From Octopus sinensis (lineage: Eukaryota): 64,000 nt of DNA. Position numbers and translations under genes: made by a program. Positions 26,594 through 40,146 of the stretch are shown here, piece after piece (the stretch's first letter is position 1; every line of letters starts with the position of its first letter). Location: assembly GCF_006345805.1 (NCBI RefSeq), contig NC_042997.1, positions 13,082,001 through 13,146,000 on the forward strand, written 5' to 3'. The notes beneath the pieces were generated by a model. It was not told the DNA's origin, did not search any database, and saw nothing but the letters and a program-made list of their open reading frames with translations.

Positions 26594-27276
26594 ATGCCAC
26601 TCAAGTACTGTGGACTGCTGCAATTTTTTTTAGTTTTGTTAGTGATTGTGTTTTCTAAAAATAGAAGTAGAGTCTTGATATCCAAACACAATGCCTTGCG
26701 ATATTTAGTTACCCCAATGTATGTTCTAAGTTCAAACGTCCCTGGAATTGACAGAATGTTCCCTTATTTTGGGGACAATAAAATAACTATTATTCCTGTA
26801 GTAGTATGGCTGATGAGAGAGTAAATAGAATCCTCCCCACCTCAATCTCTCTTATCTCAAGGCTCGGTGATGTTGAACTTCATCTTTTATCTATGTTTAA
26901 TTCATCTTAAACGTACCAACCGAACAACTATTATTGACTATATCATGTCCCTTTCAGTAGCGCGCGATTCAACGTTATACTCGCCCTCCAAGAAAATTTT
27001 TAAAAACCCATCAAACAACGAATGACTAATGTCATATCCAGTGGAATTTTGTTTCGCATATCCCGCACGAGTCATAAAACAGTCTCATTTATCTTTGATG
27101 CTCTGAATAAAATAATTGTTAAGAAAGACGAAGACAAGGATGGAAATATATTTGAGTATGCTTATGGTGTAATATTATCACTTGTTGACATAAGTTTCGA
27201 TCAATTTCCGTTGAATTCAGGAAATACGTTATTTAGATTCTATGAGTTATTATACCATTTCCATGATTCCTTATGA
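26594..27276 (+). pseudogene. Signal-peptide + CUB-like pseudogene (best-preserved copy)
   Basis: About 228 codons with one internal TAA (26822) and one -1 frameshift (about 27022); MPLKYCGLLQFFLVLLVIVFS..YLVTPMY..PPQSLLSQGSVMLNF..LYSP..ISFDQFPLNSGNTLFRFYE. Confidence 0.45.
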
Positions 27277-27314
27277 AAGTGTAATATTAGAGTTTATAAC
27301 TATTATTGACTATA

Positions 27315-27630
27315 TCGGAGTCGATAAAATAAGTACCAGTCGAGTAGTGTGGTCGATGTAATCGACTTTCTCATAAACTACCGGCCTTGTGCCAAAATTT
27401 GAAACCTCTAAGTATTTCTGATTTATAGTTGGCGAGCTGGCAGAATTGCTATTGTCTTGGTTTAATTGTTCAGCATTTCTTTTGGCTCCTTCCACTCCCT
27501 AATACAATAGCTTCTGAAGCCGACATTGCCTTTCATCCTTTAAGGATAATTGCTAGTTTCGCATTGCAGTCGACTTAACCAGCCCCACTTTCTCTCAAAA
27601 TTGCTCAACTAGAGCCAAAATTAGAAATAA
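27315..27630 (+). mobile_element. Two degenerate OK/Meta-like SINE fragments
   Basis: GTCGATAAAATAAGTACCAG and GGCGAGCTGGCAGAA blocks. Confidence 0.6.
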
Positions 27631-27699
27631 ATATTTTCTGATACTGATGTCTATAAAGAGAGTTCGTTCGCGTTTATATATCAGGTCATTAAGAATTAA

Positions 27700-28740
27700 A
27701 TATCCGATTTTGAACTGCATTTAATCAAAGTATGCACCTAAATTATCAACAGGATTTTACCATTTCATCAGTAGCTTATTTATGCTGGCAGCGAATAATA
27801 CTGAAGAGCAAGAGGTGATGAAATCACGAAAGGCTGTTTTGAATCTTCATCATATTTGAAATATTTTCATTGCAAAAGGTTGTCTAATGCCTAAAAAAGT
27901 TGATAATCAGTTGGCGCAAGGTCTGGTGAAGATGGTGGATGACAGAGCACTTCCAAATTCAGTTCCTGTAACTTGAGTAGCATTCATGTGGTCGTATTGT
28001 CTTGCAAGAGATTTGGCCTGTCTCTATTGACCAATCTCGGTTGTTTAACTGCAAGTTCACTCATCGTTTCATCCAGTTGGTTGATGTATGCATCAGCTGT
28101 AATTGACTTACTAGGCCTCATGAAGCTGTGGTGGATGACACCAGCGCTGGAGCACCAAACAGTCATAATCAGATTATCAGATTTTTTTGGTGGATATTCT
28201 TTGTTGGATTGTCATTTGGAACTTCGTCTCTATCCAACCATCGTGCATAATGCTTGCTATTGTTGAAAAGAATCCATTTTCCATCATACGTAACAATACT
28301 ATGCAAAATGGTTCGCTTTTATGCCGTGACAGCAAAGGACAGCAAGTTTCAAGACGACGTGTCATTTGACGTTCGTTCAGTTCTAGAGGTGCCTACTTGA
28401 CCATCTTCTTTGCCTTACCGATTTGTTTCAGATGGTCCAATACATCAAACCTTGCTTCTAACTCACGCGTAATTTGAGATGGATCCGCTTCCACTATAGC
28501 ATCCAGTTCGTCATTATTCACCTTGGTCTCTGGTCTACCACGGGGCTGATTTTCGAAAGAAATGTCACTAGACCGAAACTTCTGAGACCATCGACGTACA
28601 GCGCGCTCATTCGCCCCGTTTCCACCAAACACTTTATTGATGTTTCGAGCATTCAGGGATGCATTGTTTCCACGACGCATCTCATATTCATAAACAACAC
28701 GAATTTTTTTATCTATGCATGGGTACACAAAAACTGATTT
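27700..28740 (-). mobile_element. Mariner transposase relic
   Basis: ORF 28393-28728 is an HTH (RRWSQKFRSSDISFENQPRGRP); downstream QDN, HPPSSPDLAP, GAYFD*. Confidence 0.85.
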
Positions 28741-28764
28741 GCAAGAGAAAACTTACAATATAAC

Positions 28765-28970
28765 AATGCAGCACGGATTTTTGTCAGTGAAGAGGTCGCG
28801 GTCTCAAAGCGACGAAGATATTTTGACAAATTAAACTTAAATGTTGAAGTGAATCGAACGGCTCTTGTGTGTTTCTTAAATGGCTTACAAACACCTTCCA
28901 CGCTGCAATTGTTTTCGTTTCAGCACACGATCTCAGATCAAATCACTTGCTATGCAAGTACATCTCCGTA
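28765..28970 (+). mobile_element. Penelope pLTR-like repeat; same family as 61377-61732
   Basis: Aligns with both arms of the 61.4-61.7 kb element. Confidence 0.7.
28780..28830 (+). ncRNA. Hammerhead-like fold with G3
   Basis: TTTGTCA-GTGAAGA-G-GTCGC/GCGAC-GAA-GATATT-T-TGACAAA. Confidence 0.45.
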
Positions 28971-30068
28971 CTTACAATATAATCAGGCACTATGAATTGC
29001 ATTTCGAAAATTGATGATGTAAGTCTTCAATGATGTAAAACAAAGAATTGTTAGGATAAAACATTAGAGGTAACTTGATGCATAAGAAAATCGAAGATGT
29101 CAATCTTAATGACCTGATATTTCATACAAATTATAAAACTTTTATTGTTGGTAGAGTCATAAAAAGAGGGTAGCGAGCATATACTTCTTGGGAACTCCAT
29201 TACTTGTAAAGGACTGAAGGAAGTTACCATCGGACCAGGCACCTGTAGCGAATGCTTGAAATAGACTGAATACCTGTAAATCTACCCAAAGCCTTCACAA
29301 TATTATTTAACAAGACGATGAATTGCACTTTTGTTTTCAAGAGAAATTGGCATTTCCCCTGACACTTTACATGAGGGAGGAATTTATCCTCAAGTCGCAG
29401 GCCTGGTCAGAATAATTGCAACAAAGTGGACTCAGGTCAAAATCACAAGACAAGTGATAGTGTGAAGAAAAGAGAGTCTACCACCTAATTAGACCATAGT
29501 CTGATTTGAACTCAGCACAGAACAAAGCACTCCTTTCTATTTTTTAGCGTCTCTTTATTCCACCACCTTAGACTGCTACTTTATTTTTCTACCTCGGAAG
29601 AAAGAAAAGTAGAGTCGAACTCATTGAAATTCGATCTCAGAACGCAAGGTATCAAGCTAAATACTATAATGCGTATCGTTAGACGCGCTAAGGAATCAGA
29701 CGACCCTCTTCCACTTTGTTTCTCTTCAACCAAATTTCAATCACAACGCGTTAACCGACCAGCAAATAAGGAGAAAGGCAGCTAGCTAAGGTATTACGCA
29801 TTGGAAATCGAACTCGAAAACTTGTAGTTATCAGAACTGCATACCCACGCAGGTATAACCGTGCCAACCTGCTTGTAGAAGGGAAAATTTATTTAGAATT
29901 TTTTTTTATATATAATAAAGCGAGAAAAGAACGAGGAAAAGCAATAGATTTGAGATATCCGGTGCATTAACTTCATTGAAGATTATTTATATGACTATAC
30001 AAATATATTTACAAATATATGATTCAACACACACAAGTATTCTACATAAAAACATATATATGTATATA

Positions 30069-30162
<94 letters not shown>

Positions 30163-30663
30163 CCTGTGTGTATATGTGTTTGTGTAAACTACTGTATATA
30201 CTTGCAAAACAACACGTAACTTTTTATTTATGGATATGCAGCCATCTATCATTAGAAACGTAACTCTGAAAATTTCATTCTATTTGTATTTCTAATTCAT
30301 CTTGTCATTGATACATTGCATACCTGAATAATTTGCATTGCTTTCCTTTAGCTATATCAGCACATTCCATTCATTCTTCCCTCTAGACACTTGTGCTTCA
30401 TTTGGATATCTCAAGGGAGTTATTTCCCCTTAATTCCTTTTCGAACAGTGTCACTTTATATCCCTGCTAGTCTTAATAGTCTAACGTCATTAATATGAAT
30501 CACACACAGTGTTGCTCTCTGATTCATCAACCTTTATAATATTCTAAATTCCTAATATTCTTCAACAAGCCTCAGAATACGAGCGCACGCATTCATACAC
30601 GCATACGCTCACACACAGATTCTTACATACAACACACGTACACGCACACACACACACGCACAA

Positions 30664-30718
<55 letters not shown>

Positions 30719-30879
30719 CCACATACGCTCGCAAACGCACATACAAAGACGGAGACAACTAGACAAAACTAACACAATACAAACACAGAACATGCAGCTG
30801 CAAATTCAAATGAAGGCATTCGGTTGTGCTCCTGTAGGGCATGTTTGTAGTCATAATTTTATTTAAATCATGAGAAATC

Positions 30880-31376
30880 TTTATATTGTATTCAATATTT
30901 CTTCTTTATACGGAGATATATTCATCAGTGTGTACTAAGATGTGTTCTGTCTTTGTAAAAGGTGACTTCTTTGTAAATAGATCCGTGTCCTTTACATTTA
31001 CCTACATGTTTCGGGAATATCAAGAGTCTTAAAACGCCTCAATGTTCCCAGAATTAATGGATATTCACTTGTTTAAAATATATGGAGATATATCTATTTA
31101 TAGAATATTGTTTTTCTGTTGTAAACATGAGGTAGCTGTAGGATTTGTGCGGAAAACAAACGAACAAGCCAGCAGATTACTGTAGATGTGAAGGAGCAAG
31201 AGAGAGGAAACATTCTCCACTACATATTTCAAACTGCCCAATTTATTGTCGAAAGATGAGTGCAGCACTAAATTTCTGTATTCTATATCAGCTATATAGA
31301 AGAGCCTAGAGATCATACAGGTAGATCCTCGACAGCTCAGACTAGCGTGTAAAATTATAAGTACATTATGTAACAT
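30880..31376 (-). pseudogene. Putative decayed CUB-like segment
   Basis: 92-codon ORF (YSNLLACSFVFRTN) followed by RYISIYFKQVNIH in another frame. Confidence 0.25.
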
Positions 31377-31499
31377 GGAAATTATAGAAAATTAATACAA
31401 CTAGCAATATATGTTTTGATTGAACCATAGTCTGTTTTACTTGATTTGTGTTACCTTCTAATAGATTGCTTATTACACAACTGTTAGGGCGACAATATA

Positions 31500-31718
31500 T
31501 ATTGGGTTATCCGGAAAGTTCGTGCCGATTTTTAAAGGAAAGAAAAAAGTCAATAAATACTTATCATTACATTTTTAATCAACTAAATATGAACCATTTT
31601 GTTGCACAATCTTTCCTTTAAGTTGAAAATACTCCCTTCCCAGAATTGAGGTGCCTGGGAGGGTAAGTCGAAAGGCAAGCTACTATAAATCGGCAAGAAC
31701 TTTACGGACAACCCAATA
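31500..31718. mobile_element. Mariner-derived MITE
   Basis: About 30-bp TIRs TATTGGGTTATCCGGAAAGTTCGTGCCGATTT / AAATCGGCAAGAACTTTACGGACAACCCAATA. Confidence 0.85.
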
Positions 31719-32229
31719 TTACAATAGGCTATTTGAAGTATCAGTTATACATTCGTTGTAATTTATTGATATAGAGATAATATTTCCTTATTTGGGTTGG
31801 ATTATTAGAAATATTTGTAATGAAGAGGTTTGGATAAATACGTTTGATCTAAAAATGAAAAATTTTTAAATGATCGACATTAAATCTCCTTCCACATAAA
31901 TAAGAAGTTTGAAACACTGATGCCTTTCAAATACTAAACCAAACGTTTAAATTATTTTCCTCGCTAGTCGCCGTGCCTTCATTAAATTATATCAACTTCT
32001 TATTGCACGCAGAAAGATATTTAAGTATAGAAATTTAATGCGATAACAGCTTTGATAATTTAAATAGAACGGTAACAGAAAGTAAGCATCGATAATTTGA
32101 GATGACTGAAGGATATCATAAGAGTATATTGTTTTCTATAATACGTAGAAATTATCTCTATTGTTGTTGGTAATGCAATATCAGAGCCTATAATATATAC
32201 ACTAAATATTCTTTAATTCATTTAGGTTT

Positions 32230-33462
32230 ACATGTTTACACTTTTATCGCCTTCAAAGTGTTCTCCATTGAAAGAAACGCATCGGTCCAGATGCGTTTCC
32301 ACTGTTTGAAGAAGTCCTGAACCTTTTGTGAAGTGATGCCTTTTAACGCCTCCGTCGATTTTTTTTTCTTCGCCTCTTCCATATTTGCAAAATGTTTTCC
32401 TTTAAAGACTTTTTTTGTTCGGGGAAGCAGAAAAAGTTCGCAGAGAGCGAGATCGGGTGAATTGCGAGGGTGGGTTAGCGAGGTTATAACATTTTTAGGA
32501 AAAACTGTCTGAAATTCAAGACGGTGTGCGCAGGCGCATTGTCGTGATGAAACAATTCCTTCACTTTACCACAAATTGGGGCATTTTCACCTCACCGCGT
32601 CTCGCAAATGCTTCAGAACTTCTAAGTAAAATGTCTGATTAGCAGTTTGACCAAGAGGGAAAAAACATTGTGTGGACGAAAGCTTTCGCATCGATGGAAT
32701 AAATCAGCATCGTCTTAACACTGGACGTCACTTGACGCACTTTTGTGGAGCGTGGTAACATTGAATGCTTCCATTGACTTGCTCTGTTTCCGGGTCATAG
32801 CCGTATCACCAGCTTTCGTCACCAGTAATGACATTCAGAAAAAGGTTCATATCAACTTCCAAAAGTTCTTTCAGTTCCCGACACGCATTCAGGAGTGACT
32901 GCTTTTGATCTTGCATGAGCAAACGTGGCACAAATTTTGTTGTAACTCTTTTCATTCGCAATCCCTCGCTGAAACTTCGTTGACAGGAGCTCCAAGATAC
33001 ATTAGTGATATCAACAAGTTCGTCAATTGTTCGGTGACTATCCTCCAAAATCAGTTCATGAATCTTTGTGATGTTTTCATTCGTCCGAGAGGTCGATGGT
33101 GGCCCTGAAGGAGGCTGCTTTCCAAGCTACAAGTGACCATACCTAAATCTTGAAAACCACTCGTAAAGTTATGTTTTGCTCATGGCAGCATCCTTGTAAA
33201 GCAATAGAAGCATGAAAACTGTTTCAGCCGCCGTTTTCTCTAGCAGCAAACAGAATTTCACGAAAGCATGCTGTTACTTCGTTTCAACTATTGCAAAAAT
33301 CGACAAACAGGGAAAAGCATATAACAGTACGACTCAACCCAAGAATGCCAGTCGGCAGACTGATGCCTGAAAATCGCATCAAGTTGCTTCTAGCTGCGGA
33401 GGTCTGAACTACAAAGGGCTTGTCCCACAATGGACGTCTTCTGTTACTTTTGGGTACCTCCT
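32230..33462 (-). mobile_element. Mariner relic
   Basis: KFVPRLL, VITGDESW, HHDNAPAH, PDLA, GEHFEGDK; 5' TIR TACGAGGAGGTACCCAAAAGT. Confidence 0.85.
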
Positions 33463-33504
33463 CGTATATATATATATATATCAAATGATCAAATAAGCTA
33501 TCGG

Positions 33505-33710
33505 TTGTTGTTGTTGTTATACATTGTTGGTCCTCGCTTTGCTACATTCTTTGATTTTCGAATGATGCCACTAATCTGGCGTGGCGAGCAGACCAACATA
33601 ACCTTTGATTGGAAAGCTAGTCCGTCGCAGGGTTACACATTTACAGCTGAGAGTACTGGAGCAGCGTGAAATTAAATGTTCTGCCAAGAAAACTAAACGG
33701 CGCTTGGTCG
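33505..33710 (-). mobile_element. Degenerate V-domain-like SINE fragment
   Basis: rc CAGCTGTAAATGTGTAACCCTGCGACGGACTAGC resembles the V-SINE central domain. Confidence 0.45.
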
Positions 33711-33736
33711 TATGTATGTATGTATGTATGTATGTA

Positions 33737-33967
33737 AGGCGGCGAGCTGGCAGATCGTTACCACACCGGGCGAAATGCGTAGCCATATTTCGTCTGTCGT
33801 TACGTTCTGAGTTCAAATTCCGCCGAGGTCGACTTTGCCTTTCATCCTTTCGGGCTCGATTAAATAAGTACCAGTTACGCACTGGGGTCGATATAATCGA
33901 CTTAATCCGTTTGTCTTGTCCTTGTTTGTCCCCTCTGTGTTTAACCCCTTGTGGGTAGTAAAGAAAT
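33737..33967 (+). mobile_element. OK/Meta-like SINE, tail type B, inserted in (TATG)n
   Basis: Intact head and GAGGTCGACTTTGCCTTTCATCCTTTCGGG domain; tail CCCCTTGTGGGTAGTAAAGAAAT. Confidence 0.9.
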
Positions 33968-34083
33968 ATGTATGTATGTATGTATGTATGTTGTATGTAT
34001 GTATGTATGTATGTATGTATGTATGTATGTATGTACGCATGTCAAAACTGCGAGCCAGTCCCAAATTCCCGATGAGATATTTA

Positions 34084-34122
34084 CAACCGAGGAAGCATGT
34101 CATGTCGAAACACACCGTCTGG
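34084..34122 (+). ncRNA. Degenerate hammerhead-like fold (CCGAGGA core)
   Basis: CAA-CCGAGGA-AGCATGTCATGTC-GAAAC-ACACC-GTC-TGG. Confidence 0.35.
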
Positions 34123-34329
34123 AGAATCACTGAAGCGATTTGAAGTATTTCTGCTTGATGAAATTTTACACAAAACCTGAGACAAAAATTCTTCTGCAGT
34201 AGTCCATCAGAGTCTAATGTGTGCTTAAAATGCATTAAGTTCATCTTGGCAAGCCTCACCATACTCTCGTAAATGTTTAGTTTGTTATTGTCTAAATAAG
34301 TAGAAGTTTTTACCTAGATCCAGATGACT

Positions 34330-34480
34330 GAAGCTTTATCTACAGTTGAATATGAAAAAATCACTCCGAAAAATCTGTGCCGGTGATCCAATGACGGCGT
34401 TTAGAGCTCAGCTTGATGTGTTCTTATATACAGAGCCGGAAATAAAATTACGCAGCAATAGCCTTTCTCATTTTGATGCA
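34330..34480 (+). mobile_element. Possible CR1 ORF2 C-terminal fragment
   Basis: SLRKI..DPMTAFRAQLDVFL..EP..RSNSL parallels LRDL..DVFKVKLDPFL..DEP..SNSL at 53.2 kb. Confidence 0.35.
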
Positions 34481-35325
34481 TGGGAACACGATAACATAGA
34501 CATGTATACATTACTTCATGTGCTTATACTGTATGTGTGCTAGTGTGTGTGAGTATGTGTGTGCTTGTTCATGCGTGCGTGCGTGTGTGTGTACGACAGA
34601 TTTTTAAAAAAGCTTCCATCTACCTGAATTCACACACAAGGCTTTGTCAGTCCTTGGCTGTTAAATGAAAATCATGCTCAAGGCATCGATCGGTGAGATC
34701 GAACGCTGGAGCATGAGCTGGCGTTGTATTCAGACACTGCTATATAGATGCATCTATTTTGTTTTATATATAACTGTTCTATGTTGAAACGTAATGTTTT
34801 CTTTTTCACTACCAACAACATTTTTTGAAGAACATTTTCCTTGAACATATCTCTTCTCCAAATAATATATTTATCAACACCTGTTTTTTTCAACTGCTTC
34901 GTTCATAGATTGATCACTGTACATACACTATAGGAAATTCAGTTACATCTTTTACTCTTCATTATCCTATTGTAGGCTTATTCATCCCTAGGGTCAACAC
35001 CTGAATTATTCCATTTCATTGTAAAAATTGAATTTTTTTTTATCTTTGAAGCAGTGAAATAGCTAAAAGGAAACCTCTCTTACAAATTACAACTGTTTTC
35101 AACAAGAAAGTTTTGAAGTTTCCTTTTAATTGGATTGTCATTGTTCTTAACGCTAAAATCTACCCAATGTCTATTTCTTTAATGCCATAATAGTCTGGAG
35201 ACATCTTTCTGTCATATACTCTGTAAATATACATTTGCCAATATTCTATCTTAATGTCAGTTATATTCCAAACTATTTTTTACAATCAGATAACAAGACT
35301 ATTGTAACTTTTTCCGTTAAATTTT

Positions 35326-35385
<60 letters not shown>

Positions 35386-35619
35386 GTGTACACAAGACAT
35401 TTACCACATTCAGAAATATTCTATGTCTGACAGAAAAATTGCCATCCTTATTTTGGAAATATTATCTTCTTTGAAACATATTCCTATTACTTCTCCCCCG
35501 CTTCCTCTCACTAAAACACACACACACACACACAGACATAGTGCGGTGATAAGTATGCAATTCAGTATTACAAGGAAATTTCTTTCTAATATGCATTTAA
35601 GTATTGTGAATTTAAAGAC

Positions 35620-36560
35620 ACACAGTAGACACGAATTACTATATGCGGAGCAATATCCATACTAAACGTTTAGACATATATTAACAAGTAAAGATTTGTA
35701 AAAAGACATAGCCTGTGAGCCGAAAAAGATCGAGCCTTTTTGAAGTGAATTCAACTGTCAGAAATAGCTGTCAAATCTATCCATGTTACACTCACTACAT
35801 TTAGAAATGTAGTTTATATTAAATAATATAATGCTTAATGAGTTGGACGCTTGTGATAATATATTTTTCCGAATAATCCTAACCTGGCGTTAAAGATGAA
35901 CAACATGTAATATATGTACATTTATATACCAATGAGATTTATATAGCAGAATATCCATGAGAGCGCTTTCAAATGACCTTAAATTTCATAATTCTGTAAC
36001 TATACACACTCTTCAATAGGGCGACGACCTCTGTCTTAGTATTTGCATTCAGGGAACTTGCGAAGACACACGTTTAGAAACATTATATTTTATGTATAAG
36101 TTTATGGTCGTTAGAAGAGAACTTTTCGGTTTTGCGGAACCTTAGAGTATCGGACTGATTCAGTTTGAAATCCCAAAACTTAAATCTAATCGCTTTAAAA
36201 GGGAATACTATATTCAATGCCGTGCAGTTATGGGATCGTCTTGCCTTTATAATTGTGATGAGTGACACATCATATGTCGAGAGCACATTTCTTTCAATAA
36301 GCTTAACCGCTAAGCTGCAAACAGTGACATTTCTTTTGAAGATATATTTTCCGATATTTTGGTGGGTCCCAGACTGAAATGTTTCTGTCAGTTATTCTCT
36401 TTCGGCAGAAGTTAGACATTCGCTTAAATTTCCAATATCAAATTCAAAAAGTAATTCATGTAACGAATATGAAAATCCCCTGTCAGTTAATTTGACATGT
36501 TTTAAGCTGAAGTAAATTAACATTTCATCTTCTGCTTCTTTTCCATGACAGATCTATACT
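35620..36560 (-). pseudogene. Putative decayed multi-CUB-like segment
   Basis: About 105-codon frame containing HNCTALNIVFPFKAIRFKFWDFKLNQSDTL; downstream broken frames SQASNSLSIILF and LFLTVEFTS..TGY. Confidence 0.4.
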
Positions 36561-36675
36561 ATCTTTTTCTTATACAATAATTTGACGCCCAAAGAAAATT
36601 TCTAATGTAAAACAAGTAATCACCGTTTAAACAATTTTACCTTTCTTTATATACAAAACAATTTGAAACCAATTT

Positions 36676-36699
<24 letters not shown>

Positions 36700-36712
<13 letters not shown>

Positions 36713-37893
36713 CTTTTAACCACCAAGTGTCGAAGTGCATCCCTTAACCAAGTTTGCATATATGAAACTGATAACATCATAAAATTTGGAAGACTGCTCT
36801 ATGAATGGCGTTCTTTGTCTGATCACCTTAAAATATGCCCAAAGAAGTCACACGACTCTACGGCAACATATCATCAGATAAAGGATGAGCGTATATGAGC
36901 AGAAGGTTATGCATCGATATGTTAGTAGAAAGCTCCGAGATGATAGTAACATTGATCATAAAGCAGTCTATCATGGGGCATCAACCGGATTACTACCTCG
37001 CTCCTACTTTGAAGGATATGCGTTTGCAATCCAGCAAATATCAACCAAATACTTGATGCACAAAAGGGATACAGGTGCAGAATAATCATTAAATCGGAAA
37101 ACTGGTGCAGACTTTGCCGTTGTTAACACCGTATATATCACGTACATCATAAGTAGTTGTCCGAAAACGCCATCACTGTATTATCTATCGATGAGACATG
37201 ATGTAGCTAGGCCACTGTAACGAGATCCGTCGAAAGGATAACTCGAGGTCAAAGAAATAAGAACCCACAGGATGGTAGAAGCTATAGCCACTCATAATGA
37301 AAAGGAGTACTGGTAGAATGTCTCAGTGAAAACCTCAATAAAATGTTAACACAATACGCCTGATATAATGATTTGAGATAGAGAAGAGAGACTGTGTACA
37401 GTTGTGGAAATCAGCCGGCCAGTGGATGTTAAAACACAGCTGAAGATCAGTCAAATAGAGATTATCTAAGCTGAACTATTGAGAAATCTACAGTTACTTT
37501 ATCCAGATTACATGCTCAAGTTTATACCTGTAATTATTGGGGCTCTGGGATATGTAACAAACTGTTTAAGTAACAATCTTGAGAAATTAGGCTTCTCAAA
37601 ATCGGAAAGGAGAAAGCTGATTGGAAGACTACAGATCCAAACCATCCCTGGAACTGTAAAAGTCTGTAAAACTTACCTGGAATTTGTCATTTAAATATAT
37701 ATGATCATGTCTAGAATATGCATGAGAAGACATATATAAAGCAAACGTACAAATATGCACGTATACATACATGTATGCAAAAACATTCTGTTGTTGATGT
37801 TGAAGTTCCAATAAAATAACCTTGGATCTAGGTTAGAAACCGGCTGCTTCTATATTGGCAAGAAATTTTGAAATAAAACTGAATAATAACATA
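36700..37893 (+). mobile_element. R4/Dong-like LINE 3' part (zinc knuckle + restriction-like endonuclease)
   Basis: EGYAFAIQ, HIISSCPK, RHDVVA, PDIMI..R..CTVVEIS, IPVIIGALG, GTVKVCK; AATAAT tail. Confidence 0.8.
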
Positions 37894-38070
37894 CATAAAG
37901 CCGTCATACTGACAGCTCCAGAAGATACTCTGAATTTATATTTAAAATTCTTTTTCAAAGATTACTGTACATTAAGTCTTACCTGGGTCAATGGCTTTTC
38001 AATTTCTATTTAATATCGGTTAAACCTGATTTAGACATCTTTTAAGGGGCTTCATGACATGTACCTGCCT

Positions 38071-38280
38071 TACTCTTTTACTCTTTTACTTGTTTCAGTC
38101 ATTTGACTGCGGCCATGCTGGAGCACCGCCTTTAGTCGAGCAAATCAACCCCGGGACTTATTCTTTGTAAGCCCAGTACTTATTCTATCTGTCTCTTTTT
38201 GCCGAACCGCTAAGTGACGGGGACGTAAACACATCAGCATCGGTTGTCAAGCAATGCTAGGGGGACAAACACAGACACAC

Positions 38281-38317
<37 letters not shown>

Positions 38318-38475
38318 CGACCGGCTTCTTTCAGTTTCCGTCTACCAAATCCACTCACAAGGCATTGGTCGGCCCGGGGCTATGGCAGAAGACACTTGCC
38401 CAAGATGCCACGCAGTGGGGCTGAACCCGGAACCATGTGGTTGGTTAGCAAGCTACTTACCACACAGCCACTCCC
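38071..38475 (-). mobile_element. CORE-type SINE (OR2-like), young subfamily
   Basis: Full length; (TACTCTTT)n tail. Confidence 0.92.
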
Positions 38476-38778
38476 GTCTTACAAGAAACTAACTCAAGGA
38501 TATAAGCTTTCCTGACGTTTACAATATTTCGCTACTATTTTTCACTATAGTTAAATTATAAAATGAGCATACTTGCTCTATTATGAATATTTGCTTCTAC
38601 TTACTCGTTTTAATATCCCGTGAATCCTAACCCGTCAGCGTATTATAAATTCTACACATGCATCTATGTATATATCAATTCATATGCCTACTTAGTGCTT
38701 GGCTCATTCTTTCAGTATATCTCACCGCTTCTCTCTTAATATATATATGTGTGTGTATATGATGTATATATGTATATA

Positions 38779-38827
<49 letters not shown>

Positions 38828-38877
38828 ATATTTATATACACACACATATATATATATATGTGTGTATGTGGTGTGTG

Positions 38878-38918
<41 letters not shown>

Positions 38919-39181
38919 GCGAAAGAGAGAGAGAGAGAGAAGGAGGCAGGCTGACAGAGTGAAAGAGGACTATGCTCTTATAGGTATGAGAGAAACAATG
39001 AAATATACGAATGTTTACATATGTAAGCAAGTATAGAAAGGCACACACACGTATACACACAAACATACATACATAGGTATATATATAATCTTGTACGGCT
39101 ATTATTCCCTATACCGCTCCCTTTCCCTCAGTTAGTCTACGTTTATATGTATGTGTGTGATTGTGTGTACATATATACATT

Positions 39182-39250
<69 letters not shown>

Positions 39251-39470
39251 ATGTGTGTGTGTGTATGTGTGTGTACGTATATATATACATATATATATAG
39301 ACATATTTATGTATGTATACATAAGATATGCATATAAAATATGTGCGTGCGTGTGTGTGTGTGTGAGTGTGTGTGTGTGTGTATGCGTGTGTGTGTGTAT
39401 TCATAACATCGTGGCGAATATAGATGCCGGAGGCTTTGGTAAATGTTATTTAAAACAATACCCTAATTAG

Positions 39471-39534
39471 CTTCCGATGAAGACAATCAATCTTCATTTA
39501 GAATATGATTTATTGCTGAAATAGAATGTCCAAT
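39471..39534 (+). ncRNA. Degenerate hammerhead-like fold (CCGATGA core)
   Basis: CCGATGA-AG.CAAT...ATTG-CT-GAAA-TAGAAT-GTC; stem I poor. Confidence 0.25.
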
Positions 39535-39944
39535 ATTGGTATTTTCTTGGGCGAATTCAAGTGAATTGTTTTGGGAAGCTAAGAATGGTTAAGAGAAAAA
39601 AATATATATATTAAATTCTTTTGTTTAAAAGTCAATTCTCCATTTTCATTCTTTATTTTTTTTTTTCTCTTTACTAAATATTTCTTGAAAATTTTAATTA
39701 AATATTACTTTCCGAAACAGAAAAATAGCTTGCGAATTGCGTTATTATGGTATTTATAAATATATACACACGTAAGTAGGTATATGCTTGTATCGAAAAT
39801 TGTATATGTATGGGTTTATGTGTAGGTTTTAGTGTTTAAGTTCATGTGTTTAATGTAATATTTCTTTTCCATTAGCGAGCTTCTTTGAGTGACTGACATA
39901 TATCTATGTCTATCTGTCTGTCTATCTATCTATCTATCTCTCTC

Positions 39945-40011
<67 letters not shown>

Positions 40012-40096
40012 GTCTGTCTCTATGTATCTATCAAGCTATATCTCACTCTCTCTCTATCTCTCTCTGTATACATACATATATATATTTATTTATATA

Positions 40097-40146
<50 letters not shown>

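Noticed and set aside
25440-26960. Plus-strand spliced exons (ttttttcag|GCAG..CAG|gttaga and ctttcag|TAGCG); similar acceptors at 23090, 23519, 36053 and 44271
   Set aside because: They cannot be chained into a recognisable protein, and such sites are frequent by chance in T-rich DNA.
29200-29290. Channel pore-loop-like peptide VFSLFQAFATGAWSD (minus)
   Set aside because: Short frame bounded by stops, weak splice sites, no companion exons.
31130-31250. RING-CH-like motif on the plus strand (CRIC...CRCEG...H)
   Set aside because: Needs a frameshift and lacks the remaining ligands; likely chance.
37840-37893. Shared tail between the Dong-like LINE and the type-A SINE (AAATTT(T)GAAA)
   Set aside because: Similarity is too short and AT-rich to support.
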